A DNA stretch of 64,000 nt from positions 55,117,301 to 55,181,300 of the forward strand of contig NC_068996.1 in assembly GCF_001194135.2 (NCBI RefSeq). The letters run 5' to 3'. The position numbers and the translations under genes were made by a program. Origin of the DNA: Octopus bimaculoides. Taxonomy: Eukaryota. The notes below the pieces were generated by a model that did no database searches, was not told the origin of the DNA, and saw nothing but the letters and a program-made list of their open reading frames with translations. Below, in pieces: positions 1 to 13,000 of this stretch; within the stretch, counting starts at the first letter, position 1; the number at the start of each line of letters is the position of its first letter.

Positions 1-1212
1 TTATATAAATATATGTATATATATTATATATAGTATAGATATATATATTTATACTGATAAAAGTAACAAAGTTTTCTCAAAAGGGTGAGCACTTGTGCAG
101 TTGGCACATTAGAAAATCATTTGAGCGTGGCCATTGCCAGTACTGTGTGACTGGCCTTCATGCTGGTGGCACGTAAAAGCACCCACTACACTCTCGGAGT
201 GGTTGGCATTAGAAAGGGCATCCAGCTGTAGAAACTAAGCCAAAACAGACTATGGAATCTGGTGCAGCCCCTGGCCTTGCCAGTTCCTTTCAAACTGCCC
301 AACCCATGCCAGAATGGAATTTAAATGATGATGATGATGATATATAAACAAACACACACACAACTGACCTCATCTGTAGTAGACATATTTAATATATTTA
401 CATCATCAACATTTTTACATTCACTTTTCATGGTGGCACGAGTCATCATGGTCCAAGACATTTCTTATCAGGACCCACATTTCTTACATTGGTGCTGCTT
501 TGTGTCGTCTGGCTTTCTATTACCAACAATTTTACTACTATACTCAGTGTACTGGGTGCATTTTCTCACGGTACCAGCACTAGAAGGGTTGTCAAGTTTT
601 CAGTAAGGCAAGATTAAAGGGATTGCATAAACCCTATATCTCCATCTGAGAGAGAGAGAGGGCAGGAGGGGGCGAGAGGGGGAGGAAGATGGTTTGGAAG
701 GGAGGGAGGGACGGAGGTATGTAGATCTTCTGGTGCAGAAGCAAAGCAGAGCTCTATGGGAGTTTTCAGATATGAGGGAAGAGATAACTGGTATATGAGA
801 GAAGGGACTTCCGGTATGAGAGAAGAGATTTCTGGTATTGATGGTGGGGGCGAAGAACAGGCTAGCTTCGCATTAAGGTTACAAAGTTAATTTAACTCAG
901 GATCGATTAGCATGTTAGTAATTCATGTTAAATAAGGAATGATGAATGATTAAAAAATGAGAGAAGTTTCTTAGCTTGGCGGCTACACATTTTGTGTCAT
1001 GATATGATGGTGTCAAATAGCTCAGCAAGATACTCTGCGATACTACCATTATCGGCACTGTCCTTTATTTTAGAAAGAACAGAAGATTGTGATTTAAAGG
1101 AGATTAGAGTGCTATTCCTAACAAGTTCAAATGACCACAAAGAGCCTCTGTTGTGACTTGTAAAAGCTGAAATAAAAGAAGTTTTACATGTATGAAGAAA
1201 CAGAAAGAATAC

Positions 1213-1317
1213 CTGGGATTGCTAATATAGCAAGGAGCCTGGAACATATGTTCTGGTATTCACAATTACATATGATAGCGGGTTCATATGGGATTCTGGT
1301 CAGTTTCTCTTTTACCA
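1213..1317 (-). CDS. NEURL4: NEURL4 exon (last in window), start of C-terminal region
   Basis: cag|(V)[35 protein letters not shown]|gtattc; 105 nt, phase 1 to 1; CEYQNICSR resembles the CEY..LCSRF motif that follows NHR6 in vertebrate NEURL4. Confidence 0.88.
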
Positions 1318-2370
1318 CTGCAAAGTAATGTACATATGTTAAATGGAATTTTTCAGTAAGAAGATATCAACCAATGATATACACAGATGTGCATGTACAC
1401 ACACACGCAAGCCTAGCACCCCCCAACTTCTTCATGGAGTTGTAAGGATGCTGCTGTGACATACAATGTATATTGAGAATTTTCAGACCTAGCAGACTCT
1501 TCAGGTTAGTATCATCATTAATGATGACACTAATGATGACAGCAACAATGATGGTGATGATGATGTTTATGGTGGTGGTGATGATGTTAATGATGGTGGT
1601 GGTGATGATGAGGATATGAATGATAACACTGATGATTATAATAATGCTTTCAAATTTTAGCACAAGGCCAGCAATTTTGGGGAGGGGTTAAATCGATTAA
1701 ATTGACCCTAGCACTCAACTGGTACTTATTTCATTGACCTCAGAAGGATAAAAGGAAAAGCCAACCCTGGTGGAATTTGAACTCAGAATGTAAAGATGGA
1801 AGAAAAACCACTAAGTATTTTGTCTGGTGTGCTAATGATTCTGCTAGCACAGCACGCTGCTGCTGCAGCAGCAGCAGCAGCAACAACGATGATGACAATG
1901 ATTGTAAACATGTCTACATCTTCCTTCCATATATAAAATATATATACATCTATAGATACACTCACGCACATATACAGATAGCTAGATAGGTAAAATACAA
2001 TGACATACCGTCTTCAAGATCTGCCTTTTCTCTATCGTCTTGGTACACAATAGATGAACTATTATTCTGGTCGGTTATGAGACTAATCTGAAAACAGGAC
2101 AGGATATTGTAAATCAATAACAGACACAGAACACAACTGGGATCTAATGAAGGAAAAGAGCCTAGTTGATTAATTATTTATTTATTAATATAAATATATA
2201 TGAATATATACATATATATATTTCAGCTGGTTATACTTGATATTGCTCCAATCTGGCCAGCCCCAAGGAAAAACTAAGCTAAGAGCATTAGATTCCTTGG
2301 AAGAAAGCAGCGAATGTATATGAAAACAAGGATGGGAAAAAATGGAGAAATGTTACACAAATACAAATGC

Positions 2371-2413
<43 letters not shown>

Positions 2414-4063
2414 NNNNNNNNNNNNNNNNNNNNNNNNNNNNNNNNNNNNNNNNNNNNNNNNNNNNNNNNNNNNNNNNNNNNNNNNNNNNNNNNNNNNNNN
2501 NNNNNNNNNNNNNNNNNNNNNNNNNNNNNNNNNNNNNNNNNNNNNNNNNNNNNNNNNNNNNNNNNNNNNNNNNNNNNNNNNNNNNNNNNNNNNNNNNNNN
2601 NNNNNNNNNNNNNNNNNNNNNNNNNNNNNNNNNNNNNNNNNNNNNNNNNNNNNNNNNNNNNNNNNNNNNNNNNNNNNNNNNNNNNNNNNNNNNNNNNNNN
2701 NNNNNNNNNNNNNNNNNNNNNNNNNNNNNNNNNNNNNNNNNNNNNNNNNNNNNNNNNNNNNNNNNNNNNNNNNNNNNNNNNNNNNNNNNNNNNNNNNNNN
2801 NNNNNNNNNNNNNNNNNNNNNNNNNNNNNNNNNNNNNNNNNNAGACACCATTTCGAGCGTGGCCGTTTTCGTGCGGGTGACACGTAAAAGCACCCACTAC
2901 ACTCTCTGAGTGGTTGGCGTTAGGTAGGGCATCCAGCTGTAGAAACTCTGCCAAATTAGATTGGAGCCTGGTGTTGCCATCCGGTTTCACCAGTCCTCAG
3001 TCAAATCGTCCAACCCATGCTAGCATGGAAAGCAGACGTTAAACGATGATGATGATGATGATGATGATATAGGAAGAATATGTAGCCATAGAAACCATGC
3101 CAGAACAGACAACTGGTGCCTTGTGCAGTCCACTGGATCACCAGCTCTGATAAAACTATCTAACCAATGCCAGCATAGAAAACAGATGTTAAATGATGAC
3201 AATGATCACACACACACATGTGGTATCCTACATTTCCAATCTTCTATAAAAACATGTTCAGTCGTGAGGACCTTATTACATTATTTGTAAACAGCTGAGT
3301 GTTAAAGACATGGAGGGCATCTGTGCATAGAAAAACTGTCTAAGCAAAAATTCTGCCTGATCCATTCAAACATGGAAAAGCGAAAGTTAAACAATGATGA
3401 CGATGCTTTTTACATGCCACTGGGGCCAGAGGAGGCTGGCAACGGCCATGATCGGTTGGTTGAAAGGTAATTTGTCCAAATCTTTAATCTTTTAGCATTT
3501 AAACTGGGCATATCCGACCAAATAATCAACCTATTTTATCTTCAAACTGGCCAGAGTTGGCCTCTCACACTTACTCTACAATGTAATTCTCAAAATAATC
3601 ACATCATCAAAATCTCAAAGCTATGAGATAATTAATTCGAAACACTATGAATAAATAAGCATCACATTTGGCAGAGAAATATCTGAATGCTAAAGGGTTA
3701 ATGATGATAAAACATAACAGGAATAACTTACTTGTTCACACTGTCCATAAAGATCAATGAGACCATAGCAAGGATTAGGTATATCTCTGGCAGCAATACC
3801 TTGGTCTAAATCATTCACGTATAAGTGTAAACAGTTATCGTCATCAATTAATATACCAACTATATGTCCACACTGCAGAGTATCAAGATTAGGGCCATAA
3901 CATTGCTTCACCTGAAAAATAAAAAAACAAATCAATACTGTTTCTCAGAACATATTGAGGTAAAAGCAAACTCTGGCAATAAGTTTTTAGGGTACACTTT
4001 TGTTTATTTTGTCCAAACTAGAGAAATCAAAAGTACGAAGCAGTTAGTTCATCTATTTCTTGT

Positions 4064-4094
<31 letters not shown>

Positions 4095-7000
4095 GTTCGA
4101 CTCACTCAGTCTTTTTTCTCTCTCTTTCTCTCTCCCTCATCACATTTTATCTCATATTATGGTAGAAATACAAACAAAACACTGCTTTTATTTTCTCCTC
4201 TTCTCCTGCTTGCATACACACAGACTGTTTGTTGATCAGATAAACAGGAACCTCGTCATCATAACTGACGGAGTGCCATTTTTTAAGTGAAAGAAAAGGA
4301 AATGTTCCATATCCTAAGGCAAAAATGCCTTGTGTTTAGTATAAGCAGTGAAAGCTAAGATGAAATAATTGCTATTCTGTCGTGTATTCACCCTCGACTC
4401 GTGCTCAATTTGATAACAACATTCTATGCATCGGTGTTTACCTGGGAGGCTTGGCCTCCAGGTCTTTGTGACCCACAAATGCTGCTGTTAGGACTGGATT
4501 AACTCCCATAGTGGCCCTAACGACTGAAAAGATTTTCCTGCACCTATATAGGATCTATTTTCGTTTTCTTTCAACCAATTGAAGGTTTATCTTGCTCCAG
4601 TCCACTCAGCTGGCTAGAATGAGCTGTAGCTGCAATTAAAAGGGGCCAGCCTTGTCATATTCTGTGTGAGCCTGAATCTCCCAGAGAACTACATTAATGA
4701 TATGCATGTCTGTGGAGTACTCAGCCACTTGCGAGTTAATTTTATCCTCGTGTGGTAAAGAAAAGTGAAAGTGATATCCAGAATTTGCTGTATTTATGTA
4801 TCTATGAACTTTTCTTTCGATCTACTGTCTCTCTCTCTTTCTCTTTCACTTCCTCTGTGTCCCTCCTCTCTCTCCTGATTTTAATTTAATAATGTGTGTA
4901 TGTATCTATCTAACAACTTTACTGTGGGTCTATGTATCTACTTTTCTTGTGATGTGATGAACATTTAAAAACACAAAACAAACACTGTCAACACTCACTC
5001 TCTCTTTCACTATCTCTCTCTTTTCCTCTCTGAAACATTTAAAAACATAAAATAAACGCTGTCACCACTCACTGTCTCTTTCACTCTCTCTTGCTTTGCC
5101 ACTCACTTCTTCTTTGAAGTAAGTGTGACACATACCACAGGTACAGACAAAAACAAATAAGACAAAGTATATTAATATTATTGATAAACTAATGATAATA
5201 AATTTCTTACTTTTGTTCCACAAACAAAAACAGAGTCAGTGTGGATGATGACAGAAGACTTTTTGATGCTGATAGCTGTTACAGGAAAGTTAAATCGATC
5301 AGGATTACATCCCAGGATACCTATCATCAGTGATGATGTCCATTTGGCATTTATTTTATCAATTTTAATCTATCAAATAACAAAAAGAAAATATTACAAT
5401 TTAACATACAATTAACTTTTATTTAAATTAATTTTATAAAATCCCTTTTTTCTACTTTCATTTCAATTTTTTAATAAGTAATTTGTTAAATGGTATTTTA
5501 ATAACTAGAAGTGTCATATGAAAGGTTTTCTTTAAAATTAAAATTCAATAGAAATTTATTTTATTAAACAAATGCTATTCACTATTTTCAAAATATCATC
5601 TTTTATATACAAAATTAAATTCTCTCTCTAAAACAATTTTTGTTTCATTTATAATCTAACCAAAACTAGGTAGGTGGTAGGGATTGTCAGTAACATTTTG
5701 ATAAGTTTTGTGATATTTTTGGAAAATCATTCAAAAAATTCTGTGACAAAATATGTTTGGGAACTGCAGTTCTAAAGTATCAAGAAGTAAAGGGGCTGAA
5801 GAAGACTTTGTTTTTATGTAATATGATAGGGTCAGGGGCCACACAGTTATAACAACAGAATGAATTGAACCCAGCACTACAGAACAACAAAACACTAATT
5901 AATATTACATATTTGCTTACTGTGGTTAGCCCAGTCCACCTAGGTGGACTGGGTTGTTTGACTGGCTGTCCAGTAACTTTTCACTTAAATTTCTACACAT
6001 GCTGTATTTTAGAATTTTTTTTTGCACAATAAACAATAATTCAAACCAAAACCACTGACAATAGCTTTTAAAAAAACCCACAAAATTTGTATAATTTACA
6101 TAAAGATTTCAAAGAATAATAAAAAAAATGAAGAATTGATTAAATTTTTTACCTGTAGAAGATAGTTACGTGTCAATGGTCTTCGAGTAACGACAATCGC
6201 ATGGTTGTAACTGGTGGTACGATGAGCAGACATGTTTTGATTAGATAATGTCACATTTTTGCCATGGTTTGGATGGAAATCTAAATTCAATGCCTCAGCA
6301 GTGTCTTGATCTTGGTCTCCATCCACCTAGAACACATAGAAATGGTCAGCATTTAAATCAGCATACAGCACAGCATTTACATACAAAGATTTGCTATATA
6401 ATTAAACCTTGGGAGAGGCATTATGCCGGTAATAAACACACGCACTGGTTCAGTCCTTTATTAATTTATATAGTTTTTTGTTAAATTATTTCATTGCACT
6501 CTTGCAATCTCTTCAGTAATTTGTCTCTCCACTTCCATTTATTTTGAATGTATGATCTGGCGTTGTTTTGGGGTTGTTTTGAAACTGTTTGGTATGAGCA
6601 TGTGAGTGTGTGCAAGCTCGTATGTGTGCACGCTCATATGTGTGCACGCACTTATGTGTTCGTGCTTATATGTAAGTATGTGCGTTCATATGTGTGTTTG
6701 TAACAATTTCGTTTATATCAGATCAGATAGAGACTTTTTTCTTTTTTTGAAATTTAAATTTATTTATTTACGTTCATATTCCGCATCATATGTGTGAACA
6801 ACACATGCAACCATGGGCAATTGTAAGGCCCTCATCTACGTGTATTTGGTGTTCAAAATTGGTTGCGTTTCAGTTATGAGGACCGACTCCTGTATTTGCC
6901 GCAACGATGCGTCACCGGGGTGTCTAGACAGGATTTCTATGCTAATTCTGTCCAGTANNNNNNNNNNNNNNNNNNNNNNNNNNNNNNNNNNNNNNNNNNN

Positions 7001-10000
7001 NNNNNNNNNNNNNNNNNNNNNNNNNNNNNNNNNNNNNNNNNNNNNNNNNNNNNNNNNNNNNNNNNNNNNNNNNNNNNNNNNNNNNNNNNNNNNNNNNNNN
7101 NNNNNNNNNNNNNNNNNNNNNNNNNNNNNNNNNNNNNNNNNNNNNNNNNNNNNNNNNNNNNNNNNNNNNNNNNNNNNNNNNNNNNNNNNNNNNNNNNNNN
7201 NNNNNNNNNNNNNNNNNNNNNNNNNNNNNNNNNNNNNNNNNNNNNNNNNNNNNNATGTTGAGGAGAGTTGCATTGTGTGCAAATATAGTCCTGGTGCTAA
7301 CTGCAAAGCCAGGACTGGCTCCTGTGCAGGTGGCACGTAAAAAACACCATTTGAGCGTGGCTGTTGCCAGTACCACCTGACTGGCCCTCATGCCAGTGGC
7401 ATGTAAAAACACCCACTACACTCTCGGAGTGGTTGGCATTAGGAAGGGCATCTAGCTGTAGAAACTCTGCCAAATCAGATTGGAGCCTGGTGCAGCCATC
7501 TGGTTTGCCAGTCCTCAGTCAAATCGTCCAACCCATGCCAGCATGGAAAGCGGACGTTAAACGATGATGATGATGATGATGATGATGATGAATAATACTC
7601 GTGTATTTCCCCATCACAACATATGAATGAGAAAGGAGGGGGTGATAGATGAATAAGGGAGGAAGGAGCAATGGCAAACTGGAAGTGGGATGGCGAACAT
7701 TCAATGCTGAAATGAAAAAATCAAACAGCATTTCACCTCTGAGTATATGTGTGTATGTGTGTGTGTGCGTATACAAGGGAAGTATGTGAATGTTTGTATG
7801 TGTGATTATTTTGTACCTTATTTATATATAAAATCCTACAATTAGCCATCATTTTTGACAGCACGGGGCCGGCTAATAGTAAGACATATACTATTTGATA
7901 GTTTACTTGTTTAAACAAATTGAAAATGTTGGTGCCATGTAAAAAGCAACCCAGTACATTTTAGGAAGGAAATCCAATCATGGAAACCATGACAAAACAG
8001 ATAACTAGAGCTTGGTGCAGCTCTCCAGCCTTGCCAGCTCCTGTAAAACCATCCAAGTCATGTCAGCATGGAACATAGACATTAAATGATGATCATCATC
8101 ATTTGAACCATATGTGAAATAATTAATAAATTTAATTAAAAGAAACACAAGAAAAATATCATAATTTCTAAAATTTTTAAGCAACAACAGCAAGAAACAA
8201 ACATTTAACTTTTGGTTGGACTAAAAGAAATAAATAGCCAAAATATTTTACCTCACAAGGGCATTTCCCAACTGCAGGCGGCAGTGATGCAGGGGTTGGT
8301 ATATAACTGGAATTACTTTCTGTCAATGCTCTGCTTACAACAGAAACACTTTCAGTTTGACCGTACAAGTCTATCACAGCAAACACATTCTATAATTTGG
8401 AAAGAATTGATGTTTCAATCAAATTTTATATATTTTTATATTATACATTCACATAATAGTTGCTCTGTTAACCATTTTGCTTTACCATGTTTCTGTTGAA
8501 ATACACTGAATTTGATTCAATTAAATTTGAAAATAACAAAGAATTTTGGTAAACTAACTTTGTTATTATTAAGCTGGAATTTGGAATATAAATTAACATG
8601 GAATTTTGATGGATGGTTTTAATTTAGATCACTTTAAAAACAATAAGTTTGTAGTAGAAAACCAAGGATGGTCTCAGGCAAGTTGGTATTAAAAGGGTTA
8701 AAACAACATCACTAGAAAGCAGAGCAGTTAAGTTCCTTCCAAAATTGGACATTCTTCTAGGAATTTTTACAAGATTTTATGCTAAAATTGCCATAATTGA
8801 ATGATTCTGAGTGTACGTTCAGAAAATTGCTACTGTCATTATTATTTCAAGCACTACAAATTTAAGATCAATGAAAGAAAGGAATAATTATATAATAAAA
8901 AATCTGAAATTTATGATTCAGCCAATTCACCAATCTTGATTGATATTTTATTTTATGGACTCCAGAAGGATGAAAAGCTAAGGTGACCTTACTGGAGTTT
9001 GAACTCAGAATATGAAAAGAGCTGGAACAAATACCGATACAATAATGGTTCTGGCAATTCATTACCTGTAGACAATTGGCTTGTGTGTACATTGTTGAAA
9101 CTAGGTAATTTGTTTTGACAGAGAATGTCCAATGTTGGCTAGTCATATATTGAAGCCATTTCTGTAAAAACCATCTTTATGAAAAATCTCAATGGTCAAC
9201 TAGACAGCAGGTTATTAAAAAAAATGAAGTGAAAACCAGAGCATAATTAAATTATAAATACAGTGAAAACAAATTCATATTTCTTGTGACAAGTATGGAG
9301 AAGAGACAAGGAATATAAATTACGTGGACTGAAGTGGAACTTACTTTCGGAATGTTTGAGGCTGCAACACCCATATCTTCTCCATTAATATAGATGTGCA
9401 TGGTTCCATCACTACATCTCTTTACTCCTATAACATTGTCAACCTGCACAAACATAGAAAGTGGTAAATATGACATTTCTTTTTTAAAAATGATATATTT
9501 GATTCAATGCAGTTATTCATACTTAAGGCAGCAGTTGTCTTCTCTTTATTACAGAACACAAAACTCAGACCATCTATCATCGATGTCTGAATCAGAAGTG
9601 CTTTTACTAGTAGCATTGCCTTTGTAGCATCTTCAAAATCTGATGGGACGACTACAGTATTGTTAAAGGAACAAAAACAACCAGCATTAAAGCAGACATT
9701 GTTAAGAACTACCTTGAAATGGAAGACAGCAGTCTTCCTATGAAAACCTTTTATAATGAGCTGAGAAAGAGGGGATGAAACTGAGCTAAAGTGCTTCAAG
9801 GAAGCTTTAAAGGAAACACTCAAAAACTATAACATTGGTGCCAGTGATATGGTTTGATCACACAAAAGCCTGAAACTCTTGAGTAGCATCATCTGCTTTA
9901 CACAGATGTGCTCTAGCATGGCTATAATGTAACAGCTAAATCAATAAAATAACAGAAAAATACAAGACAGACACACCCACTTTTCCATGGTTGCATAGAT

Positions 10001-13000
10001 CAGAAGAAATTCACTGAGGTAGATTTGTCACCAGCCCTAACCAGTTCCCAAGCAAAATAATATTTCCCTAAACCATTCAAACATGAACAGTACAATGGCT
10101 GGACATGTTTTCATGGATGACTGCAGACATATGACTACTGTTTTTCTTATTTCTTTGCTACCCCCGAGGGGCCACACACAGAGGGGACAAACAAGGACAG
10201 ACAAACGGATTAAGTCGATTATACCGACCCCAGTGCGTAACTGGTACTTATTTAATCGACCCTGAAAGGATGAATGGCAAAGTCGACCTCGGCGGAATTT
10301 GAACTCAGAATGTAACGGCAGACGAAATACCGCTAAGCATTTCGCCCGGCGTCCTAACGTTTCTGCGACTATTTACAATAAGCATGCAAATGTCCAGACA
10401 AATTCACATACAGACATGACGGGTTTCTTACTGTTTCCGATTACCTAATTTCCATTCATAAAGCATTCGTTAGCCTGCAGTGGGAATGAAACTCTAACCA
10501 CATGACCATGCCTGTGCTATACATATATTAGGATTCAAATGAACCAGGCACTTAAATGGTAAGGCACCAAGTCAGATCAAAAGTAAAATACATACGCAAC
10601 AAAGATAGACAAATACATACGTGGATACCAAAGTATAGGCAGAAAGATATTCAGGTTATGTATACGATTAATTGAACCTGACGGAGAATACCACTGGCCC
10701 ATGTGCTAATCAAGAAATGCACACTGTATTGAATATACAGTCTTTGGATCACACGAGGAGCAAGTTCTGAGAGAGGTGAATTATAAATAAATAACAATAG
10801 ATGGATAATGTATCAATTTACACATTACATATTATCCATCTGTTGTTATATATATACATACAGAGAGAGAGAGAGGGAGAGAGAGAGCCAGCTTCAACAT
10901 AAATGCATATATTACTAACCTGCAGCCTATCGAGTGATGGAACATAATTTTCCCTGATAACAACACCATTTTTCTTAACATCAGATCCACTCACCACCCA
11001 AGTGGGTTTAGAAGTTAATCCCTCAATAGATTCCGGCAATAAATTTTGTGTCGTAGTGTCAGTAATTGATAAAGTGGTTAAACCAAGTTGTAACGAACCT
11101 GACCACAACAACGACAGCTGCTCAATTTTCACCTGCAACAGAAAGAAAAAAGAAAAATAAAAGTACATGATTATAACTTTTCTTTTTTTTTTATTTCTTT
11201 TCATAATTATTAGATACAAATATTATGATAATAGTAAAATGGTCATATATGAAAAAATTATATCCAAAACCCTGAGGCCTATTTATATTGGTGAGCGGTA
11301 GGGTTTCAGACCAATTGAAGTGTGTCACTGACCAGGTTACAGACATTGCAACAAATATTTGGACACCAAAAATTGAAGTTAACAGTTTTTGAGTGGCTAA
11401 ATATATGTCTGCCATGCTGTAATTACAATATAACTACAAAAATTTATATTTAATAAGTTAAAAGGTTAAAGACCACCTGCCTCCCTGGTCATGAATGACC
11501 CATGGGTTTGCACCTAGAAAGTTACCCTCAGAGGCACAAGTTCAGGCAAGGTAGTTTATGGAAGACCAGCAGTTGCCCATGCATACCAGCCTCTCCTCTC
11601 CACGCCACCAGTGTTATCCAAGAGAAAGACAAAGGGGCCGATACAGCTTGGCACCAGTGACGTTGCAACTCATTTCTACAGATGAGTGAACTGGAGCAAC
11701 GTGAAATAAAGTGTCTTGTTCAAGAACACAACACACAACCTTGTCTGGGAATTGAACACACGATTATAACCACTGAGCAGTGCACCTTCACATTTAATAA
11801 GTAACTACAGATTAAAAAGATTTAGAAATAGAAATGTTAGAATTATAATTATACATTTTCAGTTACAATAAGGATGGATATTAAAGGAAGTGGTACCAGG
11901 TAGTGGAAGAAATAATTGGTAGCACAGAAAGAGATAATGAAATAAGTAGTTCTGGACTCATTTAATTACAGCAACAGCATATTGCAATTGTTGGGAGAGT
12001 GATGAGGAACTGTAAGGAAGACACGAGAGGAGCAAATTCAACAAGTGGCTCAGTTGTGTATATATATACATTACACTTCCAGAACCTAAGGTTTTCTGTG
12101 CTGGCCCTCTTGAGCACTGTGCATTGCTGATTTTCTTTGGTTTTGTCACTTCCATGAGGCCCAAAATCCTGAGATCAGCTTTCGTCATTTTATACCATGT
12201 CTTCCTGAGTTTTCCCCTTCCATAAATGCCATCCATATTAAGCATTTGATATTCATTTATACAGCCACCTTCATTCATGCACAACACATGGCAATACCAA
12301 TGCAGCCTTTTGTACGTACACTTCATGTGATTCCTCTTATTTCTTGCTTTTCTGGTAGTCTGCACTTTCAAAGATGAAATGAATGAGAACTCCCTTACTT
12401 AAAAAATGGGTATGGCTTAATGACAAGGAATGCATTCAGCAGTAAAACAAATCAATGTGTGTGTGTGTGCATGTGTACTTGTGTGTGTTTATGTATATCT
12501 TACCTCAAATAGTTCATCATATCTAAGGGGATCAGAACTAAATACCAGGGCATTCTTAAAGTTCCTTGTACGGCAAGCTATGTTACCATTCTGTTTAATG
12601 ACTACATTTTTACCACAACACTGGCTGAAGCGATGACAAACTTCTGCAAGGAAAATAAAATAAATAACAATATTTAAATTAGATCAATCAATGCATACTT
12701 ATGACGATAATGATAATTCTATTTAATTTTGGCACAAGGCCAGCAATTCTGAAAGGAGGAGGCAAGTTTTACATCGGTCCCTAGTACGCCACTGGTACTT
12801 TCATTCTATCAACACTGAAAGGATGAAAGGCTAAATCAGCCTTGGCAGGATTTGAGTTCAAAACACAAAGAACTAGAAAAATTGCCAGTGTTTTGTCTGA
12901 TACTCTAATGATTCAGCCAGTTTGCTGCATTAATGATAATAATAATATTTCTACTACAGGTAGAAGGCAAAAGGGTAAGTTGATTACACTGGCCCCCAGA

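Noticed and set aside
400-610. Minus-strand Cys/Lys-rich peptide (NRKPDDTKQHQCKKCGS), considered as the next NEURL4 exon or a piggyBac C-terminal domain
   Set aside because: It has in-frame stops, no match to the expected NEURL4 continuation and no convincing splice sites; the transposase similarity is too weak to call
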